From: Azolla caroliniana
Lineage: Eukaryota; Plantae; Polypodiophyta
Assembly: GCA_043228905.1 (NCBI GenBank)
Contig: JBHGNT010000022.1
Coordinates: forward strand, 1,054,001-1,118,000
DNA: 64,000 nucleotides
Direction: 5' to 3'
Of the stretch, positions 1 through 14,691 are shown piece after piece (positions within the stretch are counted from its first letter, which is position 1; the number at the start of each line of letters is the position of its first letter). Below the pieces are notes generated by a model. The model did no database searches, had not been told where the DNA came from, and saw only the letters and a list, made by a program, of their open reading frames with translations. The position numbers and the translations under genes were made by a program.

Positions 1-1715
1 GAAATATAAACATTGTATTTTACATCATGATGGTGATTCATGAATATGTATAATTATAGGTGGTAGCCCTTTTGTAAAATTTGGAGCTACTCACTGAGGA
101 TCATACGACCCGCCAACAACAACTATGTTTCTCTCATCTCGAAGGAACTTCACATCCGATTAGAAAGAAAAATATATAGATATATATATCTATTTTTTTT
201 TTCATTTTATTGTCCAAGTGACTCTTAGTTGTTGAGTTACTGAGTAGTTATTCGACCTACTTGATTAGGACTAAACTTCCTGATCTGTTTTTTAAATTCC
301 TCATAAAAAAAAAGCGTATGTAGAAAAATTTTATCAACAAAAAAATAACGAATCAGAAATAAAGATAAATTCAAAATTTGCCCATTCTTTTGTAAGTTTT
401 GCGTGTTGATTATTTAGGCATTTTTGGAAAGCCCTAAATATTTGGACATGGTATAAATCAATTTATTTGGATTCAATTTTCGAAAACCTTTACGCATGCG
501 GTACCCCTTTTTGTGAAATGACCTAGTTTATGCCTTTTTTTGATGAACAGTTCTTAAAATGCGACATATTACCTGTTTCAAATGACTCTTTTTCTTGGCT
601 CAACAAATATGGAATAAAGTTTTTTATTTATTCCTAACGACCAATGTTGGTTGCTTGTTCTCATGGGGAGTAGCGGTGTGTGGAGTTTTACATTCCTGCT
701 TGATGTTGTATGGGGCAGATGATATTCACGAGGCCATGACGGTACACAATAGAAGATTGATATCAGTTAGTCCATTTCACCAACCTCAAAAGTAGGTGCG
801 ATCTATCTAGGTCTGAAAAACTGTGACTATGGTAACATTATGGTTATTATGGAAATGTAGATGTAGTCGACTTTATGATGCAACAAATCTTGGTCCTTCA
901 GATGTACTGCTTGAGATATGGGAAACACTGCTGACGGTAGTCCGTGGGCAGTATGATAATATTTATGGTTCTCTAGAAAATGTTCATAAGAGATGGACGA
1001 AGCTTCCTCACTTATGGAGGAAGTTACCCCTCTTTGTAGTGTTAGATCAAGGGCCTCAATGGAACTATCGACTTCCATGGACTCTTTCTTGAATATCAGT
1101 ACATCATGGTAATGTGCCGTATCAAGGTTCAACACCCCTTTATAAGTTGTTTTTGTATGCATAGGTTTTGGTGTACATACAATGTATTTTATTCTACATT
1201 GTAAGCCTCTACGTAGATAACTTCAACTTGTAGACTTTAGACATTTTCAATACTATTGAAGAAAATCTTTTAAGGAAAAAAAGGGATGGCATATTGGGGC
1301 ATCTAAATACCTTCTCTAACTGTATCCATATAAGAAACATGATGTAGAAGGAGAGTTGCATAATTGTGAGCATATAGCTTGTTATCAAAACCATCAATCA
1401 CTTACTAATTAGTAACGTCATTTACCATATACTAAGGCATCGTGTATCAAACATACATATAGAGCCATGCAAAATATTACATTGTTTTTCTTTCATACAC
1501 TAACTTGCAAAGAAAATGATACTGTAAGACTATGAAGGCACCTAGATAGCATTTTTATGCAAGGATGATGGAAACACTAGGGAAAACATGTATAAAAATA
1601 ATCCCTAGTAATAAATAAGGTAAAATCAATTGTACCCAAGTTATTTTCTTCAATATCAAGTCTCATGGTAGTCAACTGGTAGAAAGACTAATAGGTCACA
1701 AGTTTATTCTAGAAC

Positions 1716-1822
1716 AGTTAATTATAACACTATTAAGTTTTACAAATACATGAACATAAATTTACAAAAATATAACATCCATGAGTTAATTATAACACTA
1801 TTAAGTTTTACAAATACATGAA
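1716..1822. repeat. Short direct duplication (~39 bp) in the 3' flank of the LOR gene
   Basis: agttaattataacactattaagttttacaaatacatgaa occurs at about 1716 and about 1784. Confidence 0.85.
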
Positions 1823-1862
1823 GCATTATTCACTACTGTACAATATTGATTTATGATGTACT

Positions 1863-3655
<1,793 letters not shown>

Positions 3656-3909
3656 CAGAACTCTGTTCCTAAAGCTTATCCCAATTGATGGCTGAATCTT
3701 ATTCTAAGTCGTCAAAATTGCGTGCAAATCTGTTTCTTCCATTAAAAACAACAGAAAATTTCAACGGCCGAATTATTCAAAACATAAAGATTTTTTGCAA
3801 ATAATTCCTAGTTCATGTTATTAGTCGTGCTGATTAGTGATTAGTGACGCCGATCAAATATCGAATAAATTGATTTCTACTCAAAATTGGTCACAAAGGA
3901 TTTAAGTCT

Positions 3910-4048
3910 TATATATATATATAAACATATATAAATATATATGTAATAATGTATGTAATAATGTATGTATGTATGTATGTGTAATATATGTATGTATAGT
4001 ATGTGTGTATATATACATATATGTGTATGTATGGATATGTATATACAT
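3910..4048. repeat. (TA)n/(TATG)n microsatellite upstream of the LOR start codon
   Basis: Directly visible low-complexity TA/TATG tract. Confidence 0.9.
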
Positions 4049-6149
4049 CTTTCTTCACGCGATCATTAAAATACGGAAATCTAACGGGATTGCGCAAATA
4101 CCGTGACGAACGTTTCGCCTCTCCAATCGTTCGAATCATGACTAACGGTTTAATTGGAGTTTAATCGCCGCTATGGTTTAATTGGAGTTTGATCAAAAAC
4201 CAGAATGCCAACTAGTACTCTAAATCGTAAGTGAGATCGATAAATTTCGCATTAGACACGTTAGACATTAGTTTTCTGGGTCTACTAGAATCCACATAAT
4301 GTGATCATTTAACCGGAAGTGCTTGATGATGTGATTTCTAGAGCTTTCATCAAAGTGCCTTAAATTGGACGTCAAGCAAAAGAACTTTGAAACTTTTTTA
4401 TTTAAAATGTTATATCAAGAAGTTCGTATCTTGATTTACCTTGACCAACATAACCTTCCTAATTGCCCATGATATTTGTCAAAGCCTTTGATATATATAT
4501 ATATGTTTTCTAGCTCATTCTTTTGACACATATCCATGAGAGAAGTTGTTTTGTTTGAAACTTTGTACATCACTAGGCAAATGTTTCTCAATATATACTT
4601 TTTTATTTAATCCATATTTTTGGCTTTAACTCAAAGAAAATGGATTACAAAAGTTGACCTTAGACGTATGAAAAAGAAAAGTAAGGAAAAAAACCAAAGT
4701 ATGATAATCTTTAATATTAAAATAATAATAATAATCAAATAAGATGCCTCAGTTTTTCAAGGTGGTGACAAAACATTCTAAATATTAAAATTTGATGAAA
4801 AGAATAAATATATATTTTTGTCATGTCATGATTGAGGTTCTATACAATGATACAGTTTGCATTTTGATTGGTTTGAGATTCAAATAACTCCTAACTATCA
4901 CTTTGGACTTCCTCAAATCGTGATGACCATCAAAATGTCAAACTAAGACTCTGCATAATTAAAAAATCAACTAGGTTGGACATGAACTTTTGGTTCTATT
5001 AGAATTAAAATGTTATACGGAATCTCAAATTGTTGTTGCATTAACTAACCTTTTCATACTAATTGCTCATGTGGACGATGATTTTAAGGCCCAAACATTT
5101 CCTTTGACACTTCATGATTGGATATCCTGAAAAATATTAAGTAGAGTTTAATTACCACCTTAGAATACTATATTTTTTGCCCAAATTACTTGAGGATTGA
5201 TTAACCACCACATGAAATTCGACACTTCATGACTAGATATTCCTCAAATACTTGAGTTTAATTAACTCCACGTAATATTAGATTTGGGGCAACTTACTCG
5301 AGGATTGATTAACAATCACATTAACATGGAGTGGCCTCAAAATTTGACAAGCTTGACATAGAAATCCTAGCGCTATTGCATTAATTAAGACGAGTGGGAA
5401 AAACCACCCCACTAATGTAATATATATATATATATTTATATATGCAAGGAGTAAGAAAGATATGGTAAAACTAAAGTTCCATGTGTCATCCCTCATTTGT
5501 AATTGTGATACGTATGTGATATCATCTATGATGCATGAATGAGCCAGGTGGAAATGTCGTGTTGCATCATGTGCAAACTGTGAAAAACATGGTCAATGAA
5601 AGCTTTACAAAACACTTGGGATTCCATCAAAGTGACGAGGGCCATTATTAAAGTTTAATCGAAGCTTGTGCTTAATGGTGAGAATTAAGCTTCCGAAAAA
5701 AAAAAACTTCCAAATGCACTCAGGATGTCTAGAGAAGAAATATGAATCTACCAATAAAATACCATTGGAAAACATGTGTGAAGGGTGAAAGTGCAAAGTG
5801 TGAAGGATCTATGGCAAAGCATGCCAAGAAGAAAATACAGTCATATATGCCAAAGGGAGGAGATTCATTTTTATCTTGCAAGGGCATTCTTGAATGCCAT
5901 AAAATGAGGAAGAGAGCTCATGTTCTTAACATAGGTGGCCTACAAGGACCAAATTGTTACTATGGCCATAGATTGTAGTCTAATCACATTCAATGAATGA
6001 TATCCCCCAAAAAATTGAAGTATTTCCCTTTTAACCTATATAAATGTATTTAAAAAAGTCAAGTAAATTGTCTTTCTTAAATCATTTTGTAAATTGTCCT
6101 AATTTGATTATTTCTTTCTTGTATATTGCCGGTTTATAATTTTTTGTCA

Positions 6150-9100
6150 TCCTTTTTTTTTCCAAAAAAAACACTACCTCACATTAGTTAGCAATCGGAG
6201 TACATCAAACTTCAGCCATATTCAACAAAACTCACACTTCTCCCCACAAAACTAATCATAATCCCCACCACCTCATTTATAACAAAAGTATCCCATCGAC
6301 TCTTTTTACATGGTAACTTACTTGTACCACAACTATACATATTTACATCGCCTGCCCACTAATGGAAGCCATTGGCGGAAACAACCATCTGGGTGCTTTG
6401 TGGTTCCATTTAAGCCCTGTCGATGATTAGCCTGCCAGTAAACATATTACTACTAGTATGACCCTCGCTACTCTTCATTTTGAAAACCTCCCAATCTCTT
6501 CTGAACTAACATTATACCCTAACATGTGCCCCCATGGCAAATATTTTTTCTGTCCAAGCATCATGCCGTCTTCGCTTCTAATCTTGGGGTTCCAAAACAA
6601 CGGTTGTCGGAGTTGTTCTGCCAACGTTTTTGGTTGCATTAAGACCAACCCTTCTCTCACACTTGACCAGACCCTCATTATGGTACGGGCCACCCTGTCC
6701 TCCGTGCTAGCCGGTGCTTTAGACTTTAGACTGGACTAAACAACCACCACATCTTTGCCTTCCAAGGGCCGCCCTTCCTTGGAGACTAGAGATCAACTCT
6801 ATCCCTAAGAAGCATATTCCACAATTCAGGTCCAGGTTGTAGACTTCGAACCAATAGCTTACCGAGTAAAGCCTTACTTTGGTGAACTGGATCCACTAAC
6901 CCAAGTCAACCCTAGTTTTTTGCCTTGATCAAACAACTCCACACCATTTTAGTTGACACTGTCTCATGGTATCTACTCGACCAAAGGAGACCTCTCACCA
7001 TTGCCTTAATGTTTTTGATGCAAGCTTTGTCTAACACCCCGCATGCCATCGAGTGCCACATGGTGGTTAACAAAATGTGGTTTACCATGACCACCCTACC
7101 TGCTAGAGAAAGCTTTACTGATGCCCATAACCGAAGCTTTTTTCTGATTTTGTCTTTCACTTGCTCAAGCTACTGATTTTGAGGTGTCTCAACTCCCGCC
7201 AAAAACCCCAAATATTTAATAGCCATTCCATTGGGGACCCATTGAAAATCAGCATTAGGGCACCAAAGAGGCCATGGGTTTGGACTTACCTAGAATCCTT
7301 TGATTTTGTTCCAATTAATTTTCCCTCCTCACACTTTACAAAAAAGCTCAATCTCTCTTAAATTTAGCTTGTTGTAAATTAGTGTCATTGCCTTGCAAAT
7401 AGAGCATAGTGTCATCTGCATACGCTGAGTCCAACAATTCCTTGCTCCCATGTGGGACAACTAATCCCCTTATTCCTGCATCCGGTCTGTTTAAAAAGAA
7501 AGAGAATGCCTCTGAAATAAATAAAAAAAGGTAGGGCCCAACGGGCAGGGGTTGTGTTGAGCAATGTAATCGGTCTCCATTGCCTTGCATATACTATTAG
7601 ACCATGTACCTTAGGAATTAGAAATATCAGCCCCTCTTTAAAATGCTCAGGTAAGCACCCAACATCCCATGCCTCATTAAGACCATCAACCAAGTCAACC
7701 TTAATCACTTCTTAAAATGTTTCAAAAAAATCTCTTGTTAATCCGTCGATGCCTGGACAAGACATTCTACATGTTCCCGCCAAAGCATCTGACACCCCCT
7801 CTTCCAAGAATGGCCTTGATAGATTAACTTGTACAACCTTTGAAATTCTTTGTTGCATTCCCTCCAATACAAGTTTTGTCAGAGTATGCTGTTCGGGGAT
7901 ACTATAATAACTGTATGAGAGTAGCCCACGATAGTGAGTTGTGACAGACTCCGTGACCTCCGATACATCCTTCGACTCTGATCCATTCTCCTTAATCAGC
8001 TTAGGATTGTAGCTACAATTTGTTCTCGGCTTTTTATACTTAAAAAATTGTTGATTTACCTTAATATCCCTATTCTTGCTCCACTATGCCACTGAACTTC
8101 TAAATAACATCATGTTTCTAGACACAATCAACCGTTGTAGTGTTTCTCTAGCAGCCTCAAGACTTGCTCTAAATAAGTGACATACGAGATCTTTCTGAAG
8201 CATTCTTTGGGTAGCTGCTATCGACCTTCTTAATCCCACTTCTCTTTCCTTAGACCTCTCAATTCTATTTTTAGTCTTTGCATGCAAATACATTGAAGTT
8301 TCAGTAATCTTCCCTCTAAGTTTATCAAGTGCACCATAACCAATTGGATTACTAGCCCATATGCTCCTTACTTCCTTCCCACCTTTGCATCCTCAAAAAG
8401 CTTATAGCTGATCTTCAGGTTGCAATCCCTTTATGGCCTCCTCTAGTTGACTAACATAATCTTAATCGGCATATGACCAGAGTACGCCGAACTGGTGATG
8501 ATTTCAACATTATCACCATATTTTCCCAGGTCTGAGCTTATGTATATTCTGTCTATGTGAGACATGCAAAAGCCATTTATGTTGCAACTTGCTCTTGAAA
8601 AGGTTAGCGAACTTTGAGGCTTTTTTAGTACATACCAAGCATCTTTCACTCCTAATCGGCCCATCAGCAAATCCCATGCAACTAACTCAAACCCGAAGAC
8701 CACCGTATGTGTGCCACCCACCTTGTCCTCTGTATGCAAAGTCATGTTAAAATCCCTTGTGATGATCCAAGCATCTGCAAATGGCAGGTCATCGGCCAAT
8801 TGCCTCCAAAAAAGGGCCTGCAACATTGATGAATTAGGCGCATACACATTTATTATCCCAACTATACATTGATGCCATCTGACAGTCACATAGATGACAC
8901 GTCCCTGCACATCCCTCCACTATGGTGTCCTGGCCCACAACAACAATATCCGGATTATTCCTAATAGATTTACAAACACCTCCTTTTCTACCATGCTCAC
9001 CCTAAGTTGGGGACCAAAAAGTTTGCCAATCCCCGTCAAGAGGATTGCCAATACTCAAGATACTGTTCGCACTCAAATGATGCTCTTGCAAGAGCAAAAT

Positions 9101-11560
9101 GTCCGGGATCCCCTTAAAGCTCGAGGATTTGAAATCATGACGGAAGTTCTTCCTTTCCATGATGCATTTGTTGCCACCAAGACCTTGTATGTTCCATGTG
9201 ATTAATTTCATGAAATCAATTGTGAAGTCTCCCAAGAAGGACATAGTCCCTCCCCCTGAGTCCATGCCCAACCTCCCTCATTGATCCTCTCCCATCCTAA
9301 CACCACATCCTGCCTTGTATCTTCTTCCAATTCCTCCTCATGGAAGTGTAACACCTCATTGAGGGAGTCTACCCTCCCCTCTACCCATAGTAGTAGCTTC
9401 TTTTTAATGCAAGAATCATTGAAACTCCTACATATCATTCCAACATTCATCCACATCCACATCCACTTATCCCCACTCGAGGTGCTTGGTAGGCTGTTAA
9501 AGTATTTGTGCGCCATGACTTCTATGGAGCTGGAGTTCGGTGTCATGTTGTTGGCCGAAACCTCTAGGTCCGTTAGGTCGAAAGAGAAGCCTACCTTCTG
9601 CAACTTGTTTCATTCAACAACAATCACATAAACCCTCAGCCCTAGGGCTTCCTCATGAGCCTACTGGCTAAACCTGCACCGCTTGCAAGCGTGTCCCTTT
9701 TCAATATTTTGGACCGAACAAATTTCACTAAAATTCTGACATCTGCCTCCATACTGATTTGTTTCAACTCTTGTAGGTTCAGAAATTCGGAAGTGGTGGA
9801 TAAGCTTTCTTGACACCTCCCATTGCGTAACCATTCTTTCACTGCTCTCAATCCAATACTTCCACTTTTACCAGTGGAGGAGGGGGAGCTCATGAATTTT
9901 TCTTGTCTGAGTTGTGCATTGTTTAGTAAGACATCAGGTGTGCACGCTACCACCTCTTCAACATTAGTTGTCCTTTGATTATTTAATAGGTCCTCCTCTT
10001 CTTGCGACACTTGAAAATGATCTCTCAAATCTATATGATGTGTTGCCGTGTTTCGTTCTTGTTGCAAACAATTTTTGCGTCCCAAAACAAGAGTCTAGAC
10101 GTTGACATTAGCCTTCACATTTTCAGCCCCATTGAGGGTACTTTGTCTTGACACCCATGCCTTCTCTTGCTTAGCTATCGGCCCCTTAACCTTCTCCCCC
10201 CTTATGTTACTATTGATCTTCCTAGGGCATTCCTTAGCAATGTGGCCCTTTTTTTACAATAGAAACATTGACTAGGTAGTCCTTGATTCCACTTCCACAT
10301 CTATCAGTCTTGCCTCCACATCATGCACCCTGATTTTAGAGGGGAGTGTGGAAAAACTTTGCACAAGAACCCTAATCTTAGGGGAGTCTCTGATTCTGTC
10401 TACCATGGTTTCCTTTAAAGGACAGACTGTGCCAATCTTCTCCCCAATCTTTGGCATCAAGGGATATAATTGTTGCGGATGATTAGGAAATACCATAGAT
10501 ATCACCATAGGGTTACCATTTTTCTTGGCTTCTTCCATAACATTGAAATTAGCATGTCATTCCAACAAAAGGGCTCTTCCATATTTGAGCTTAACGAATT
10601 TCATATCAATTATTTGTGATACATTACTCCCCTCAGCCACTTCAATGTGAAAGAAATTTCATCCCATATTATCCACATTCTTTATCTGTGGGACCCTATC
10701 CATTAGAGCTACCTCTAACATGGCACGGACCATAACTCTACAGGGCCTACCACCAAGTAGTTTGCAAATGAACGAACACTTCTTAACCTTATGATCTCTG
10801 CATTTAGGATCTCACTTTCTTCCTCGGACAGAAAAACATCAAGTACCTCAGAGCTCTCCTTCCTTTGCAATTGCTTATCATAATCTCCTCTCTGGCATGC
10901 ATTATGCGCCTGACCACACTCCTATAAAAGATTTTCCACCTACAACATGTCCTCTGTGGCCTCCATTTCCACAACATCTAGCCCCTTAGATGACTGTCCT
11001 TGCCATACCGTTGGTGGGGGCCCTAACCTCCTCTTCCATCCATCCCCTATTATCTGTCTGATTCACCACTTCTTACATATCCTGCTCATTCCTCCATTAA
11101 TGTGTTTCCCTACGTCTTTCCACGTGTCTCTTGCTTTCCTTTGTCCCAAATTCCTAGCCTGCTAGTTTTCCCGATTCGTATTCATCCCTTGCAATGCATA
11201 CCTTGAGTCCACCCACTGTTTGACTGACCCCCTTGCCACCAATACTTTAGCTGCCACCATTGATGCTTTATTTCCCTCAGATGGCTCCTTAGACAACATG
11301 ATCCATTGTCTTTGTGCAACCCTACTATTAACCTTACACCCTAATCGAAGAGACATGCCTGACACATGAGGAGTAGGGAAACTCAACATCGATCTATTGC
11401 ATTCGGGGCATTCTCTACAACCATAAACCCCCCCCATCACTGCCTATGATGTTGTCTCGCTTGAAGTTTGAGGAAACACATGCTTGTCATCGATCTACTA
11501 CGTTCAGGACACTCTTTGCAACCCTAAACCTGCTCGACATCCATCCTGCCATTTTTTCTC
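6150..11560 (-). mobile_element. Degenerate L1-like LINE (ORF1 with zinc knuckle; ORF2 with APE endonuclease and RT); ends approximate
   Basis: ORF1 knuckle QCFYCKK.GHIAKECP near 10265-10225. APE motifs LITWNIQGLG, DILLLQEHH, INVYAPN, DFNM, SHIDRIY, SGHMPI (9205-8450). RT motifs LIPK, WRPITLLN, GPYLF, YADDTMLYL, LSLAGRVVMVNHIL. Many stops and frameshifts. Confidence 0.9.
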
Positions 11561-11829
11561 TGCGTATGTTAATTGTCATCCTTTTAATCCACATAAATTG
11601 CATAATTTTCAACTAACTTTCAATTTTTGAAAAAAGAAAAAGAAATCCATTCATTAGTGTAAACAATTTACAAAGTTCTGATTCCTATGTGATCGGTAGA
11701 GGGAACCATTTTGGTGGCTGAAAAGTGCCAAAAAGGAGTGCCACTCTTTGAGGAAATAAGTGGAGTAGCTTTCCACAAAGTAAGAAATTGATGGAGCTGA
11801 GTAGATTTATCGTCAAAATATTCAATAAT

Positions 11830-12519
11830 ACAATCTCATTGACCCTTCAAAGTATGAACCATGTCCAACCAAATACTTTTTACCAATTCAATTGGTGAGA
11901 CTCTAACTTGATGAAAAACGAGAGAGCCCCGAGCCTTCCAGATGTAATATGCATTGGGGTACCTTGGAGGATCCAATGAAATTGTGGGTGCAGATTCCAT
12001 AATGGGGTTTGTTCCAATGGTGGGTGTGTTAGGAAACATGTCCCTCCGGATGGGAAGTGAGAAGAACAATGTTGATGAACATATCGGCCTGGGCCGAAAC
12101 CGGATGTGGAGTACCAGGCAACGGAAGACCCGGTGAGAACCGGATGACGAGTACCCAGCTACGGAAGACCTAGTGAGAACCGGATGACAAGTACCCGGTA
12201 ACGGAAGACCCGGTGAGAACCGGATGACGAGTACCCGGCAACGGAAGACCCGGTGAGAATTGGATGTGGAGTACCTGGCTACGGAAGACCCGATGAGAAC
12301 CGGATGACAAGTACCCGGCAAGAGCCGGATGGTGAAGGCCCGGTGAGAAGTACTCACCGGATGAAGGGACATATTCATAAATATGTTTTCTGAGAGTCCA
12401 TCGGGGCTATATTTGTAAATAGCCGAAAAGTCATATTAGTATAAATATGACTTAGGGCAAACTTAGTGGCATAGTAGTTGTCATTCTTGTTGTGTGCAAG
12501 ATTTGAATGCGTAACTATG

Positions 12520-12556
<37 letters not shown>

Positions 12557-14056
12557 GTCGTTGCCTCTGTTGTAACCGCCGCCTGTGGCGAAGATAGCAA
12601 GCTCGAGGTCGTTAACTCGGTGCTTTACTGTTGTACATTGTGATATAGTGATAGTTTGCAGTCTGTGGGCTGCCGTGGTTTTTCCCTAGTTTGGGTTTTC
12701 CACGTTAACATCCTGTGTACTCCTCTCTTCACTATGTCGTGCGTTCATTACCCGTTGTCTGTGTTTGATCCTAGACTCGGTTGTGGCCGAGCGTTGTGCT
12801 TAGGGAGCGTGTATTCCTGTTAGGGTCTTCATCCCCAACCCAAAATACCATAGATTTGTTCCAATGGACACATAGTGCTCCTAAAGCTTTACATGATGTA
12901 GTTAGGGCCATTTTAGCTTTTTGGATGCGATCCAAATCATCTTATAAATATAGGGCAGTGTCATCCGCAAATTCAATTTCCCTTAATTCTACTTTTGAGA
13001 ATGGGATGCGTAGTCCATCTAAACCAATGCCATCAATATTAAAAAAGGAAATCATTGCATCAGCGAAAATTAAAAATAAGAAATGAGCCAAAGGGCAACT
13101 TTGTTGAATTGACCATGTAATAGGAAAAAGAGGGCCATAATTTCTAGCCAATAAGACTCAGTTTTGAGGTATGAGGAAAATTTACTCGTTATCCATTCCT
13201 ATGAGAAACCAAATTAAGCCAATTCCCCTTGCAAAAAATCCCAATCAACACGGTCATAAGCTTTCTCAAAATCAAGCATAACAATTGCCAACTTTTGTTT
13301 GGATTTGGCTCCTAGTGCAGTAGATTCCGAAAATGTATAAACATTATCCAAGTTACTTCTTTCTCGAATGAACCTTGTTTGGCTGGGTGCATAACTGTAG
13401 GCAATAAGTACAAAGGCATATACTAATTGCTTTAGCCAAGATTTTATAAACTGTATTGACTATTGTAATAGCGCACCATTTCTTGATGTCTAATGAAGGC
13501 CTCCCTTTCTTAGGGATAAGGTAAATTAGTCCTTCTATAAAATGTGGGGGCATACAACTTGTAATTGTCTAACAATAACATTTCTGGAATCTTCAGAATT
13601 GAGATGTCTTGAAAACTTTGATTCGATATGGAAAGGATAACTAGAGCATGATCTGAAAAGGTAGTTCTCAACATTATATGCATTGTGCTAGTAGATGAAA
13701 GAAATTTGTCGGATACATAGAATCTTTCTAATCAATATAAATTGGTACCATTTAAATACCCATTTGATCGTGAAAAAAGACTTTTGAAGATTTTGTACGA
13801 ACCAACGAAGGAGCATGCCAAGTATCTAACACTTGTTAGGAAAACACTAATGGTTCCCAAATTGCCAATTCATGTCCCTGTATCATAATTGAGCTACCTC
13901 CCATTTTGTCAATGGGATCCTCAAGCATGTTGAAATCACAAGCAATACACTAGTGGTTAAACACAGGTAAACTGTTAACTAAATCTTGCCAAAATTGCTT
14001 TTGAATAGAGGCAATATTAGAAGCATATATATTCACTCTAAAAGGAATATTGGACG
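11830..14056 (-). mobile_element. Second, more fragmented L1-like LINE ORF2 remnant, interrupted by a solo LTR
   Basis: VNIYASN and CDFNM (APE, about 14040-13920), LIPKKG..W.AITIVNTVYKILAK, DFEKAYDRVDW, QSCPLAHFLF, FADDTALYL, and YYIWKAR near 11940. Confidence 0.8.
12027..12822 (+). mobile_element. Solo LTR of copia family A (TG...TA termini)
   Basis: Reverse complement of the LTRs at 35522-36441 and 40540-42529. Flanks GGGTG/GGGTC (4/5 TSD match). No PBS or PPT adjacent. Carries a ~39-bp CCGG-rich tandem array at about 12100-12360. Confidence 0.9.
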
Positions 14057-14691
14057 TGCAGCGATAGCATGTATATAACATGAGAGCTTAGATAAATATA
14101 TAAGATTATGTAAGTATGATGATTATAAGTGATACGTATAGATAGAGATTAATTAGGCAAAAGAAAACCTCTATATAGTTGCATGTTATATTCCTTGTAA
14201 AATGTCAAATGAATGTACTAAATTCGAGTTGGAACATTGTTGTGATATGGGAAATGCATAGGAGGAATTAAGTTAAAATACGAATATTAAAAAGAAATAA
14301 TAAAATAGCCTTAGCTCAATTGCTAAGAGCTTGTCAAAGCTTTTTGCTTGCATTTAGGGGCCAAGAGGGGATAAAAGTGAGAGACAGGGAAGCGCGGCTG
14401 AATTCAGAAGTGAGGAATCAAGGATTGCAAATCAAGAGGGTGTACAAGACCAACATCGAGGTGACATGGCCATCATTATTGGGACGTTACATTGAAACTC
14501 GAGGATCCCCTTGAGGCTTGAGGATCTACTTGCAAACTTATCTTTTCTGATTTTTCGTTTCTTTTTCATCATCATCTTTTTCTCCTGAACATACTTGATA
14601 TCTTAGTATTATATTTTCTTCTTCTTTCTGAATAATAGGGTTCATAGTTCTTTTTTTATTTCTGAGGAGCCTTCGACTCCAACTTACATTT
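14057..14691 (+). mobile_element. LTR-like AT-rich sequence, probably continuing at 25056-~25300 beyond the family B insertion
   Basis: Abrupt end of LINE homology at 14056 followed by TG. Degenerate ~20-bp gagccttcgactc-type repeats occur on both sides of the 14692-25055 insertion. No TSD found. Confidence 0.35.

Noticed and set aside
5500-5980. Possible transposase or gene remnant (ORF 5742-5978)
   Set aside because: No recognisable motif, termini or splice structure; cannot be supported from sequence alone.
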